Below, one piece after another: positions 22,661 through 31,453 of a stretch of 32,000 bases of DNA. The stretch covers positions 1 to 32,000 of the forward strand of contig NC_003267.1 in the NCBI RefSeq assembly GCF_000009705.1, read 5' to 3'. The stretch is from Nostoc sp. PCC 7120 = FACHB-418. Its GTDB lineage: Bacteria; Cyanobacteriota; Cyanobacteriia; Cyanobacteriales; Nostocaceae. Each line of letters begins with the position of its first letter. Within the stretch, counting starts at the first letter, position 1. The translations under genes and the position numbers were made by a program. The notes under the pieces were generated by a model. It saw only the letters and a program-made list of their open reading frames with translations, did no database searches and was not told the origin of the DNA.

Positions 22661-25600
22661 TTACCCCCAATCTTCAGTGGGAGGTTCTCCAACAAAGATT
22701 GCACCTCGTTGAATTAGGTCTTCTTTTATCTGTTTTGAAATTCCTTGATTGTTTCCAAATCGGGCTTTTTCTACATTTGCACCACTCAGATTGGCATCCT
22801 GAAGGTTGCTACCAATTAGATTGGCATTTCTCAAGTTAGCATTTCTCAAGTTAGTACCACTCAGGTTGGATTGAGCCAGCATTGTATTACTCAAATCAGC
22901 ATGGTTTAGGAAAGCACGGCTCAGGTTGGCTTTGTTCAGATTTGCTCCTTTCAAATTGCCATACCTCAAGTCGGATTGATTGAGCTTGGCTTCAGTTAAG
23001 GTTGAATGATTGAGATTTACACAATTTGCACTAACATTGCTTAGGCTAGGATTATGTAATGACATTTTCTCCGCTAAGGCAATCAGAGCATGAGCGCGAT
23101 TTGACTCAGACTGAATTTCTCTGATGGCGGCGAGTGCTTCACTTAACAAATCAGGTGGCAGTTTCTGTGCTAAGTCTCTCAGTGCATCGGCGCGATATGA
23201 CTCAGGGCGAATTACCGTGGCGGCGGCGAGTGCTTCTGGTAACACAGAAGGCAGTTTTTCTGCTAAGGCAATCAGGGCATCGGCGCGATATGACTCATCA
23301 TGAATTTCCCTGATGGCGGTGAGTGCTTCACTTAACAAATCAGGTGGCAGTTTCTCTGCTAACTCTTTCAGTGCATCGGCGCGATATGACTCATCATGAA
23401 TTTCCCTGGCGGTGGCGAGTGCTTCTGGTAACACAGAAGGCAGTTTATCTGCTAACTCTCTCAGGGCATAGATGCGATTTGACTTATCCCGAATTTTCCT
23501 GACGGCGGCGAGTGCTTCTGGTAACACAGAAGGCAGTTTCTTCGCTAAGGCAATCAGGGCATTGGTGCGATTTGACTCATAGTGAATTTCCCTGATGACG
23601 GCGAGTGCTTCACTTAACAAATTAGGTGGCAGTTTCTCTGCTAACTCTCTCAGGGCATTGTCACGATGATACTCATGATGAATTTCCCTGATGGCGGCGA
23701 GTGCTTCTGGTAACACAGAAGGCAGTTTCTGTGCTAAGGCAATCAGGGCATGGACGCGATTTGACTTAGGTTGAATTTCCCTGATGGCGGCGAGTGCTTC
23801 ACTTAACAAATCAGGTGGCAGTTTCTCTGCTAACTCTCTCAGGGTAGAGGCGCGATTTGACTCATCCTGAATTTCTGTGGCGGCGGCGAGTGCTTCTGGT
23901 AACACAGAAGGCAGTTTCTGTGCTAAGGCAATCAGGGCATGGACGCGATTTGACTTAGATTGAATTTCCCTGGTGGCGGCGAGTGCTTCACTTAACAAAT
24001 CAGGTGGCAGTTTCTGTGCTAAGGCAATCAGGGCATGGGCGCGATTGGACTCATCCTGAATTTCCCTGATAGCGGCGAGTGCTTCACTTAACAAATCAGG
24101 TGGCAGTTTCTCTGCTAAGGCAATTAGGGCATGGGCGCGATTGGACTCATCCTGAATTTCCCTGATAGCGGCGAGTGCTTCACTTAACAAATCAGGTGGC
24201 AGTTTCTCTGCTAATGCAATCAGGGCATCGGCGCGATTTGACTTAGGTTGAATTTCGCTGATAGCGGTGAGTGCTTCACTTAACAAATCAGGTGGCAGTT
24301 TCTCTGCTAACTCTCTCAGGGTAGAGGCGCGATGATACTCAGGCTCAATTTCCGTGGCGGCGGCGAGTGCTTCTGGTAACACAGAAGGCAGTTTCTCTGC
24401 TAAGGCAATCAGTCCATAGGCGCGATTTGACTTATGCCGAATTTTCCTGACGGCGGCGAGTGCTTCTGGTAACACAGAAGGCAGTTTCTCTGCTAACTCT
24501 CTCAGGGTAGAGGCGCGATTTGACTCATCCTGAATTTCCCTGGCGGCGGCGAGTGCTTCACTTAACAAATCAGGTGGCAGTTTCTGTGCTAAGGCTCTCA
24601 GGGTAGAGGCGCGATGATACTCAGACTGAATTTCCCTGGTGGCAGTGAGTGCTTCACTTAACAAATCAGGTGGCAGTTTCTCTGCTAACTCTCTCAGGGC
24701 ATGGGCGCGATTGGACTCATCCTGAATTTCCCTGGCGGCGGCGAGTGCTTCACTTAACAAATCAGGTGGCAGTTTCTCTGCTAACTCTCTCAGGGGATTG
24801 GTGTGAGGATACCCACCCCGAATTTCCGTGGCGGCGGCGAGTACTTCACCTAACAAATCAGGTGGCAGTTTCTGTACTAACTCTCTCAGGGCATCGGCAT
24901 GAAGATACTCATCCTGAATTTCCCTGATGGCAGCCAGTGCTTCACTTAAGACAGAAGGCAGTTTCTCCACTAAGGCAATCAGGGCATCGGCGCGAAGATA
25001 CTCAGGCTGAATTTCCCTGACTGCGGCGAGTGCTTCACTTAACAAATCAGGTGGCAGTTTCTGTGCTAACTCTCTCAGGGCATCGGCGCGAAAATACTCA
25101 TCCTGAATTTCTCTGGCGGCGGCGAGTGCTTCACTTAACACAGAAGGTAGTTTCTCTGCTAACGCTATTAGGGTGGAGGCGCGAAAATACTCATCCTGAA
25201 TTTCCCTGGCGGCGGCGAGTGCTTCACTTAACACAGAAGGCAGTTTCTCTGCTAACTCTATCAGGGTAGAGGTGCGAAAATATTCATCCTGAATTTCCCT
25301 GGCGGTGGCGAGTGCTTCACTTAACAAATCAGGTGGCAGTTTCCGTGCTAAGGCAATCAGGGCATCAGCGCAAAGATACTCATCCTGAATTTCCCTGGCA
25401 GAGGTGAGTGCTTCACTTAACAAATCAGGTGGCAGTTTATCTGCTAAGGCAATCAGGGCATGGGCGCGATTTGACTCATCCTGAATTTCCCTGATGGTGG
25501 CGAGTGCTTCTTTTAAATTAATCCAGTCTGTGTTGCTCAGAATGGTGCTTTTTAAATCAGCACCACTCAAATTAGCACCACTCAGATTAATGCCAGATAA

Positions 25601-25693
25601 GTCAACTTCGCTTAGGATTGCCCCACTAAGATCGACACCTGAAAAATTATTTTCACCTGCATCTAAACGACTCAAAAACTCTTCAACATCCAT
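22661..25693 (-). CDS. 1010-aa repeat protein: pentapeptide-repeat caps flanking 26 HEAT-like 31/32-aa helical repeats
   Basis: N-terminus GVDLSGAILSEVDLSGINLSGANLSGADL and C-terminus NLNKANLSRAFLNHADLSNTMLAQSNLSGTNLRNANLRNANLIGSNLQDANLSGANV are pentapeptide repeats. The centre is 26 units of consensus LPPDLLSEALAAIREIQDESNRAHALIALAEK (32 aa), or a 31-aa LPSVLPEAL... variant. Confidence 0.9.
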   Translation of the reverse strand: MDVEEFLSRLDAGENNFSGVDLSGAILSEVDLSGINLSGANLSGADLKSTILSNTDWINLKEALATIREIQDESNRAHALIALADKLPPDLLSEALTSAREIQDEYLCADALIALARKLPPDLLSEALATAREIQDEYFRTSTLIELAEKLPSVLSEALAAAREIQDEYFRASTLIALAEKLPSVLSEALAAAREIQDEYFRADALRELAQKLPPDLLSEALAAVREIQPEYLRADALIALVEKLPSVLSEALAAIREIQDEYLHADALRELVQKLPPDLLGEVLAAATEIRGGYPHTNPLRELAEKLPPDLLSEALAAAREIQDESNRAHALRELAEKLPPDLLSEALTATREIQSEYHRASTLRALAQKLPPDLLSEALAAAREIQDESNRASTLRELAEKLPSVLPEALAAVRKIRHKSNRAYGLIALAEKLPSVLPEALAAATEIEPEYHRASTLRELAEKLPPDLLSEALTAISEIQPKSNRADALIALAEKLPPDLLSEALAAIREIQDESNRAHALIALAEKLPPDLLSEALAAIREIQDESNRAHALIALAQKLPPDLLSEALAATREIQSKSNRVHALIALAQKLPSVLPEALAAATEIQDESNRASTLRELAEKLPPDLLSEALAAIREIQPKSNRVHALIALAQKLPSVLPEALAAIREIHHEYHRDNALRELAEKLPPNLLSEALAVIREIHYESNRTNALIALAKKLPSVLPEALAAVRKIRDKSNRIYALRELADKLPSVLPEALATAREIHDESYRADALKELAEKLPPDLLSEALTAIREIHDESYRADALIALAEKLPSVLPEALAAATVIRPESYRADALRDLAQKLPPDLLSEALAAIREIQSESNRAHALIALAEKMSLHNPSLSNVSANCVNLNHSTLTEAKLNQSDLRYGNLKGANLNKANLSRAFLNHADLSNTMLAQSNLSGTNLRNANLRNANLIGSNLQDANLSGANVEKARFGNNQGISKQIKEDLIQRGAIFVGEPPTEDWG
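23066..25513 (-). repeat. tandem 93/96-bp coding repeats (26 units) inside the repeat protein gene
   Basis: Units are near-identical at the DNA level. For example, two adjacent units around 24000..24200 are almost exact copies. Confidence 0.9.
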
Positions 25694-26067
25694 ACTAAGT
25701 TTTGTAATGGAGGGCTGGAGTTAGTGTTCCCAAAAAAGATTGAGCCATTGATACGCAATAGAAATGCGAGACAGTTGCTTGTAAACCATTGATAGTCTTG
25801 GCTGTGGCAAATAAAAGTAAGAAATTGGGGGCTGGATTTTCTTTCTTTTGAAAGTATTATTTCTCTCTGCTCTCTTGAGGCGATCGCCCTCTACCTCGAC
25901 CTCTCAACAAGCTTACGCCACATTACCTACTTCAAAGCCTTATCATTAAAACAGTTTAGCGACTAATTAAATTCCATGTCTTACTTTTTTACTTGTAAGT
26001 ACTAAATTGATCCCGAAAACAGATGTTTTCGGCTTGCTATTTTTTAATACTTAGCCTTTACCAAGGG

Positions 26068-26200
26068 AAAGGTGGCTATGTCGATCTAGGCGGGTCGCGG
26101 CACGGATGCGGGTTTCGAGCGTTATCTTAACAATTAAAGAAATGATATTTTTCTGGCAATAGGCAACTCCTCACCGTAAGCGATCGCTTCTAGCACGGGT
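26068..26200. repeat. dispersed repeat, copy 3 (partial, 5' half only)
   Basis: ATGTCGATCTAGGCGGGTCGCGGCACGG...TTCGAGCGTTA...GCGATCGC aligns with the first halves of copies 1 and 2. The conserved 3' block is missing. Confidence 0.45.
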
Positions 26201-26224
26201 TGTAGTTCATCGCCTCAGTTAATA

Positions 26225-26893
26225 TTATTTAACTGGGTAATATAATCCATCTTCACCAAAACGCCAGCCACGAGAACCGGGATCTCGATGTCGGCTCCAT
26301 GATTCAAACTCTGACGGACTTTTGTTTTCTCGTTCTCTGGAAAGACTTAATTCATCAACACCCAATCTTCGAGCTAGATTTTCCCCAGCCAAGGATTGAA
26401 TTTCCACTGATTTAGCATGGAACTGATGAGATGATGATGAAAATTGCCTTCTGCCTGTATTTCCTTGTTGTCGAAGCTGCCCCAGTGCATTGTTGAGTTG
26501 GGCAAGGTTCTTGGCGACAGTTTCTAACTTTTCTTCCAGTTTATTTAGTTGTTGCGCTTGTTGCTGGGTGGATGTTGATTCTATACCTTGTTCTATACTC
26601 TGGGCGAGTTGCCCTAAAACAGTTTCAATTCGCTGTAAGCGATTTTCTATACTACTTTCTATACTCGAAGTGTTATTAACCTGATTTGCTTCCAGTGTTG
26701 AGAGTCGGTTAATTATCTGGTGTAGAACATCTTCTATACCGTTTTCAACAACTTCCGTCTCTCCTAGTATATGATGCAGACCATGAACTACCAACTCTGT
26801 TGCTGAGGTGTTGCGCTTTTTGGCCTCGGCTCTGAGTGATTCAACTAAAGATTTGGGAAGTTTAAAATTTACCGATTCCCGATCTATAGCCAT
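26225..26893 (-). CDS. ribbon-helix-helix (CopG/Arc-like) N-terminal domain protein with long coiled-coil region
   Basis: MAIDRESVNFKLPKSLVESLRAEAKKRNTSATELVVHGLHHIL follows the beta-strand/helix/helix RHH pattern. The Q/E/L-rich middle is predicted coiled coil, and the C-terminus is GWRFGEDGLYYPVK. I prefer the ATG at 26893 over the GTG at 26905. Confidence 0.6.
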   Translation of the reverse strand: MAIDRESVNFKLPKSLVESLRAEAKKRNTSATELVVHGLHHILGETEVVENGIEDVLHQIINRLSTLEANQVNNTSSIESSIENRLQRIETVLGQLAQSIEQGIESTSTQQQAQQLNKLEEKLETVAKNLAQLNNALGQLRQQGNTGRRQFSSSSHQFHAKSVEIQSLAGENLARRLGVDELSLSRERENKSPSEFESWSRHRDPGSRGWRFGEDGLYYPVK

Positions 26894-27058
26894 TAAAACA
26901 CCCACGCTTCAGCAATACTCATCTTTAGTTAGCTTACAGCTTGTTGGTATGTTCGTTGAAATTTTTGCCTTCAACCGCATTGTAACAAAGATTTCGGGTA
27001 GCTTGTATAAGCTACACCTATTCTGATACCTTCAGGTGATCATATTAATCATGCAGTA

Positions 27059-27484
27059 ATGTCAAAAAACCCTCAAGGACAACCTAATTGGCAACCTATT
27101 AGCAGACTGCCCCTCATCGCACAGATGATTGAGCAAGGATTGTCAGATGCTCTAACCCAGTACCAAAACTTACAAGAGGCTCAGAATCGTCCCCATGTTC
27201 TTGATGATTACACAGTAGGGCGAGTAATTCAGGTGTTTGGGGAAGAGCAGCAATTTCTTGAAATCTACTCAGAGCAGTTAACAAGGTGGAAACAAGAAAA
27301 CCTTAACGCCACTCAGAGAGAGCAAATAATCAAACTAGAGGGGCTATTAGAGCAGCTAAGTACAACTGTAGCTTCAATTTTGGCTCTGACTGACGAATTG
27401 AAACAGAAGACAATTGAAAAAGTTCTTGACAAGCCAGACTTAGAAATAGGGCTGGATGTGCTGTTAGGAAATCTGAAATTTTAA
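27059..27484 (+). CDS. hypothetical protein
   Basis: 141-aa ORF, divergent from the RHH gene. No motif recognised. Confidence 0.55.
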   Translation: MSKNPQGQPNWQPISRLPLIAQMIEQGLSDALTQYQNLQEAQNRPHVLDDYTVGRVIQVFGEEQQFLEIYSEQLTRWKQENLNATQREQIIKLEGLLEQLSTTVASILALTDELKQKTIEKVLDKPDLEIGLDVLLGNLKF

Positions 27485-27550
27485 AAGATGACAGTGCCAG
27501 AGAGAAAAGTAAAATACCTGTCTGATGCAGACTGCATACTGAAGAACAAC

Positions 27551-27958
27551 TTAAGCTACTGCTTCCCAATCCTCAATTTGTAACCCATTCACCCGATTAA
27601 ACTCAGATGTGTTGTGAGTGACCAGTATTAAATTATTCACAAGTGCGATCGCTGCAATCTGTAAATCATTAGGGCCAATTGGAGTACCACTTATTGCTAA
27701 TGCTGCACGGATTCTACCGTAAGTTAGGGCTGTAACATCATCAAATGGTAGAGATACAAACAAGTTGAGAAACTGCTGCTGTCGAGCTAAAGTCCTTTCG
27801 GGATTATTGCTTTTCATTGCGCCGTAAAACAACTCTGCCTTGACCACCGAACACACAGCAATATCTTTTACATTTGTTGAGCGTAAACGTTGTCTAATTG
27901 CTGGTGACTTGCCATTGAGATAACGAGCGCAAACATTGGTATCTAATAAATACCTCAC
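27551..27958 (-). CDS. vapC: type II toxin VapC (PIN domain ribonuclease)
   Basis: MRYLLDTNV (D), VKAELFYGA (E), PIGPNDLQIAAIAL (D), ILVTHNTSEFNRV. The GTG start overlaps the antitoxin stop (GTGA). Confidence 0.88.
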   Translation of the reverse strand: MRYLLDTNVCARYLNGKSPAIRQRLRSTNVKDIAVCSVVKAELFYGAMKSNNPERTLARQQQFLNLFVSLPFDDVTALTYGRIRAALAISGTPIGPNDLQIAAIALVNNLILVTHNTSEFNRVNGLQIEDWEAVA

Positions 27959-28209
27959 ACTATTTCTTCCCTTATCTCAAAATCACCCTCAGAATCGATA
28001 ATAATCGGGTCATCTTGGCAGATACCATAGGTCTGCTCAAAAAAACCACTTGGCCAGCCCAATTCTTCTGGTGTTGTCACTGTTGTCGATGACTCTAATT
28101 GTTGATAAATCACCATCACTTCTATTTCCTTGTCCGTTATACCCAGTGGTATCTCTAAATGCAAAATGCCATCAGAGCCTACATGAGAACATAACTTGAT
28201 ACTTTGCAT
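27955..28209 (-). CDS. type II antitoxin partner of VapC
   Basis: 84 aa from the ATG at 28209, with GGAG 7 nt upstream. It has a 4-nt overlap with vapC. The GWPSGFFEQTYG motif is typical of cyanobacterial antitoxins paired with PIN toxins. Confidence 0.75.
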   Translation of the reverse strand: MQSIKLCSHVGSDGILHLEIPLGITDKEIEVMVIYQQLESSTTVTTPEELGWPSGFFEQTYGICQDDPIIIDSEGDFEIREEIV

Positions 28210-28435
28210 TGTTTTCTCCAAACCACTGAATTTATTTTAAAGTTTCTTCACTAAGACATATAGTTTTTTACTCAACACCCTCAACAATAGGAAATAAAGG
28301 ACTTCCAGGCGACCATAATTCTGTACTATTTGGATTTTCATCATAGAGATATACAAATTTAGGGATGGCGTTCCACAGACCGCAGGCAATGATGCTACGC
28401 CCCACAGGAAGCGATCGCCTGGACAAGATTCACAA

Positions 28436-28633
28436 TCAGTCTTTCTGGGAAGTTAAAGCTTGTTCTTTCGCCACAGCCTCAGCTATAACTTGCCGCAGCC
28501 ATTCGGAACGGTTGGGCTTGTTACGCACATAACTATCTAATTCGTCTGGCAACAGTACAGATATAGGTTTCGCACCAGATTTTACTCCTACTCCTTTTGA
28601 TTGAAAGCGAGTAGCAATATCATTTCTTTCCAT
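28436..28633 (-). CDS. small ribbon-helix-helix-like protein
   Basis: 65 aa. ISVLLPDELDSYVRNKPNRSEWLRQVIAEAV fits a strand-helix-helix pattern. AT-rich palindromes lie just upstream of its start. Confidence 0.55.
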   Translation of the reverse strand: MERNDIATRFQSKGVGVKSGAKPISVLLPDELDSYVRNKPNRSEWLRQVIAEAVAKEQALTSQKD

Positions 28634-28731
28634 AGTAATGAGCCTTTTTCTATAAGCTTATCTTAGCAAAGCCCGTATATATATGGCAATACATTAGTTA
28701 TTTTAATCAAGAAATATCTAGATTTTGTGGT

Positions 28732-28755
28732 TTATCCCATATATATATGGGATAA
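28732..28755. promoter_or_regulatory. 24-bp perfect palindrome TTATCCCATATATATATGGGATAA (related imperfect copy at 28671..28687)
   Basis: Read directly. It sits in the divergent region between the small RHH gene (start 28633) and ardA (start 28939). Candidate operator. Confidence 0.45.
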
Positions 28756-28868
28756 TAAAAGAGTAAGGAATAGGAACGGAGCGCCACAAAAACTCCCGGT
28801 AACGGAACCGAACCGAAGCGTGAAATTTTAGATGTAGCGCCAAGTCCAAAACTCTTACATACACAACA

Positions 28869-28908
28869 GAAAAAGCACCCCCGACGACCAATCTAAAGGT
28901 GCTTTTTC
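28869..28908 (+). other. 11-bp perfect stem (GAAAAAGCACC / GGTGCTTTTTC) with 18-nt loop, 30 nt upstream of ardA
   Basis: Read directly. Followed by TGAGTTTTAATT. Could be a terminator or a structured leader. Confidence 0.35.
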
Positions 28909-28938
28909 TGAGTTTTAATTCTAAAAGGATTCTAACAC

Positions 28939-29691
28939 ATGAATTTGTTTTCTAACACTCTAATATTTCACTCAGAACTAGATGCTCAATTAGTTGCTGA
29001 ACAAATTTACAACTGCTATCTTGAAGGCAACATTTTAACTGTTCCTTTCCAAGAACAAAGAGCAGTAGATTTAGCAATTAGTTTAGCTGGTGTTGACTTA
29101 CCAATAGTTAAAGGTGCAAGCTGTTTACTTCCTTTTCCAAAGCATGAACGCGAATGTCAAGATGATGATGCACCACAGATTTATGTAGCTTGTCTATCTG
29201 CTTACAATAACGGTAAATTGCACGGAATGTGGATTGACTGTACACAAGATGCTTCGGACATTCAAGAAGACATTGAATGGATGTTATCTTGGTCGCCCTG
29301 TCGTAATTACGAAGCCTGTGAAGAGTGGGCAATCCATGATTTCCAGAACTGGCATGGTATTCACCTTGATGAATACGAAAGCATAGAAAAACTAGCTGAA
29401 CTCGCTCAAACATTATCAGAGCATGGCACAGCCTACGCCGCTTATTATGAGTATGACAGTAGTGAGGCCAGTGTAGAAGATTTTCAAGAACATTACTGGG
29501 GCGAGTATGAAAGCGAACAAGATTTTGTTTATGACCAACTCGAACAACAGGGATTGATTAAGAACTTAGAAGATATGGGTATTCCTAGCTTCTACCTCGA
29601 TTTTGAAGCAATAGCCCGTGATTGGTTTATCGACTCCTACTATTCAGTAGAAGAAAGTTATAAGAAAGTCTACGTTTTTAGTCGTCACTAA
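28939..29691 (+). CDS. ardA: antirestriction protein ArdA family (with about 80-aa N-terminal extension)
   Basis: IYVACLSAYNNGKLHGMWIDCTQDASDIQEDIEWML, EEWAIHDFQNWHG and a highly acidic C-terminal half (EDFQEHYWGEYESEQDFVYDQLEQQG) are the ArdA hallmarks. Confidence 0.82.
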   Translation: MNLFSNTLIFHSELDAQLVAEQIYNCYLEGNILTVPFQEQRAVDLAISLAGVDLPIVKGASCLLPFPKHERECQDDDAPQIYVACLSAYNNGKLHGMWIDCTQDASDIQEDIEWMLSWSPCRNYEACEEWAIHDFQNWHGIHLDEYESIEKLAELAQTLSEHGTAYAAYYEYDSSEASVEDFQEHYWGEYESEQDFVYDQLEQQGLIKNLEDMGIPSFYLDFEAIARDWFIDSYYSVEESYKKVYVFSRH

Positions 29692-29700
29692 TAAAATTAA

Positions 29701-29730
29701 GGGGGTAGTTAATAACTACCCCTTTATATT
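29701..29730 (+). terminator. rho-independent terminator after ardA
   Basis: GGGGTAGT-TAATA-ACTACCCC hairpin followed by TTTATATTT, starting 10 nt after the ardA stop. Confidence 0.65.
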
Positions 29731-29800
29731 TAAAAAGTGACTAATTGACAAATCAATTTTGAGAAAAATTATTTGTCAGCTTGAAAAACAGCACGATTAA

Positions 29801-30130
29801 TTAACGTTGACGATTGGATTTTTTTGGAGATGTTTGTTTGATGTAATCACTAGGGATGACCACAGTTTTTTTATCCAGCCGCAAAAGGTAACAGTAACTT
29901 TTGGTATTTGGACAGGCGATCGCAGAAGGGAAGTTAAGACCCGAAGCGAAGCCCAAGGATAAGTAAATTGCAAACGACCCCAGATAGACTAACCAGCCTG
30001 ACCAACCAGATCCAATCCAACGAGCAAAATAAATTAAATTTACTCGGAATTCGTGAGAGCGCTGACTTCTCAATTGGGCTTGTTTTTGTTCAGCCTCAAT
30101 CCATTGCTGAGATTCATTGAGTTTAGTCAA
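29801..30130 (-). CDS. small membrane protein
   Basis: 109 aa with a hydrophobic span (GSGWSGWLVYLGSFAIYLSLGFASGL) and a basic C-terminus. It is the last gene of the minus-strand gene string. Confidence 0.55.
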   Translation of the reverse strand: MTKLNESQQWIEAEQKQAQLRSQRSHEFRVNLIYFARWIGSGWSGWLVYLGSFAIYLSLGFASGLNFPSAIACPNTKSYCYLLRLDKKTVVIPSDYIKQTSPKKSNRQR

Positions 30131-30210
30131 AGCTATTTGCGTAGCCCGAAGCCTGGCTTTATCTTCAATAATTTTGTGTGCCTTGACTTCAATAGTACGC
30201 TTTTCATCGG

Positions 30211-30990
30211 CTATTCGGATGTTGACCCATTCTCCGATGTCGGCGGCAAGCTCATTAAAGGCGGTGGCGACGGGAATATCGGGGAAGTCTGCTTTTTTCC
30301 CATGACTTTGGCCTTAAATGCCTCTCGTAGTTGCTGCCACTCCTGTTGAAATTGGGGCGATTGCATTTCCTCTAATAAAGATTGCAAATACAACTTGGGC
30401 AGTCCCGCCATATCACCTTTAGCTTTCTGTCGCACCATTTCTCTGATTAACTCTCGCTCCTCCTCACCTAATAAAGCGGTAGTATCCCCAAGCTCCTGCA
30501 AAAGCGCATCAGTATCTATATCCCCTTCTGGCGTGGAATCATTGGTACTTAATCCAAAATGCTGCGCCACTTCCTCAACGGATTTACCTTGCTTTTTAAT
30601 TAAATCACCAGCCTCAAGGAAGCGATCGCATTCAGCCTGAGAATATTCATCCTTTTCTGATAGCCCACAGGCTTGTAATACTTGCATTGTTTCTAGCAGG
30701 CTGAGTTTAATCCCTTTGTCACGGGCCTTAGCTAGTAACTCAGTAGTATCAAGGGGTTTGGCAGCCTTCCTTTTCTTCTTACCTTCTGAAGCATCATTTT
30801 CTGGGGTAGTGGATGTATCAGAGTTCTGTTGTTTGATTAACTCCACTGCTTGTTGAAAATCAACCGCCGCAATTTCTTCATCACCATACTCTTGTTTATC
30901 CACAGGCAACCCGCAAACTTCCAAAGTTGCATTTACATCTTCTGTTGATAGAGCGTACATATTCTGTAACGCCTCTTTGGTATAAGGCAT
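30211..30990 (-). CDS. hypothetical acidic protein with an internally duplicated module
   Basis: I prefer the ATG at 30990 (GAGGG 5 nt upstream, 10 nt after the stop of the upstream gene) over the track start at 31032. Two related modules are present: TLEVCGLPVDKQEYGDEEIAAVDFQQAVELIKQQ and VLQACGLSEKDEYSQAECDRFLEAGDLIKKQ. Confidence 0.6.
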   Translation of the reverse strand: MPYTKEALQNMYALSTEDVNATLEVCGLPVDKQEYGDEEIAAVDFQQAVELIKQQNSDTSTTPENDASEGKKKRKAAKPLDTTELLAKARDKGIKLSLLETMQVLQACGLSEKDEYSQAECDRFLEAGDLIKKQGKSVEEVAQHFGLSTNDSTPEGDIDTDALLQELGDTTALLGEEERELIREMVRQKAKGDMAGLPKLYLQSLLEEMQSPQFQQEWQQLREAFKAKVMGKKQTSPIFPSPPPLMSLPPTSENGSTSE

Positions 30991-31000
30991 ATTACCCTCA

Positions 31001-31453
31001 CTAATTAAATAATCCTTCAAAAGTGCCGTCATCTTCGTGATGTATCAACTGCTCTAAATCTGGCTGCGAAGCATGGTCTGATGCTTCAGGAGCAGTTAAT
31101 GGTTGCAAATCAAGCTCAACCTTTGGTGTTTTGATCACTGGTCGAATAGGTTTTGTAGCTGTGGCAGGTTGTAATACAGCATCTTCTAAATCCAGACCGA
31201 AACTTTCAACCAGATAGCTAATATGCAGCTTCAAGCGATAAACCGCGTTCTTAGCACACTGCTTTAATTCCTCATCTGAACACCCTGCATTCCTCATTGC
31301 AAACGGTAGCCAATAGGCGGACAGGGCAGAAAATAGTTTATCTCTCTCGCTAAGAACTAAATTTTCCTTGGCTTTGAGAAAGTTGACCAAGGCAACATTA
31401 GATTCTTGAGATTCCAAAGCAATACGGCATCGGTACTCGATTGGCTTATCCAT
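31001..31453 (-). CDS. hypothetical protein
   Basis: 150-aa ORF. Its start overlaps the end of the upstream ParM-like gene by 8 nt. Confidence 0.55.
   Translation of the reverse strand: MDKPIEYRCRIALESQESNVALVNFLKAKENLVLSERDKLFSALSAYWLPFAMRNAGCSDEELKQCAKNAVYRLKLHISYLVESFGLDLEDAVLQPATATKPIRPVIKTPKVELDLQPLTAPEASDHASQPDLEQLIHHEDDGTFEGLFN

Noticed and set aside
23066-25513. Regular 93/96-bp periodic repeats that might suggest a CRISPR array or satellite
   Set aside because: There is no alternation of a conserved repeat with unique spacers. The whole period is conserved and lies in one uninterrupted 1010-codon frame with a sensible helical-repeat translation.
22546-25724. Plus-strand ORFs 22546..22839, 24649..24927, 25030..25269 and 25494..25724, whose translations are themselves repetitive (HLTNQVAVSLLTLSG...)
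   Set aside because: They are the antisense reading of the tandem coding repeats of the 1010-aa gene. Their periodicity simply mirrors the sense-strand repeats, and they are broken by stops between units.
26013-26050. Hairpin CCGAAAAC-AGAT-GTTTTCGG followed by a delayed T-run, as a terminator
   Set aside because: The T-run starts 7 nt after the stem on the plus strand, where no gene ends. On the minus strand the stem is not followed by a U-tract. This is too weak to call.
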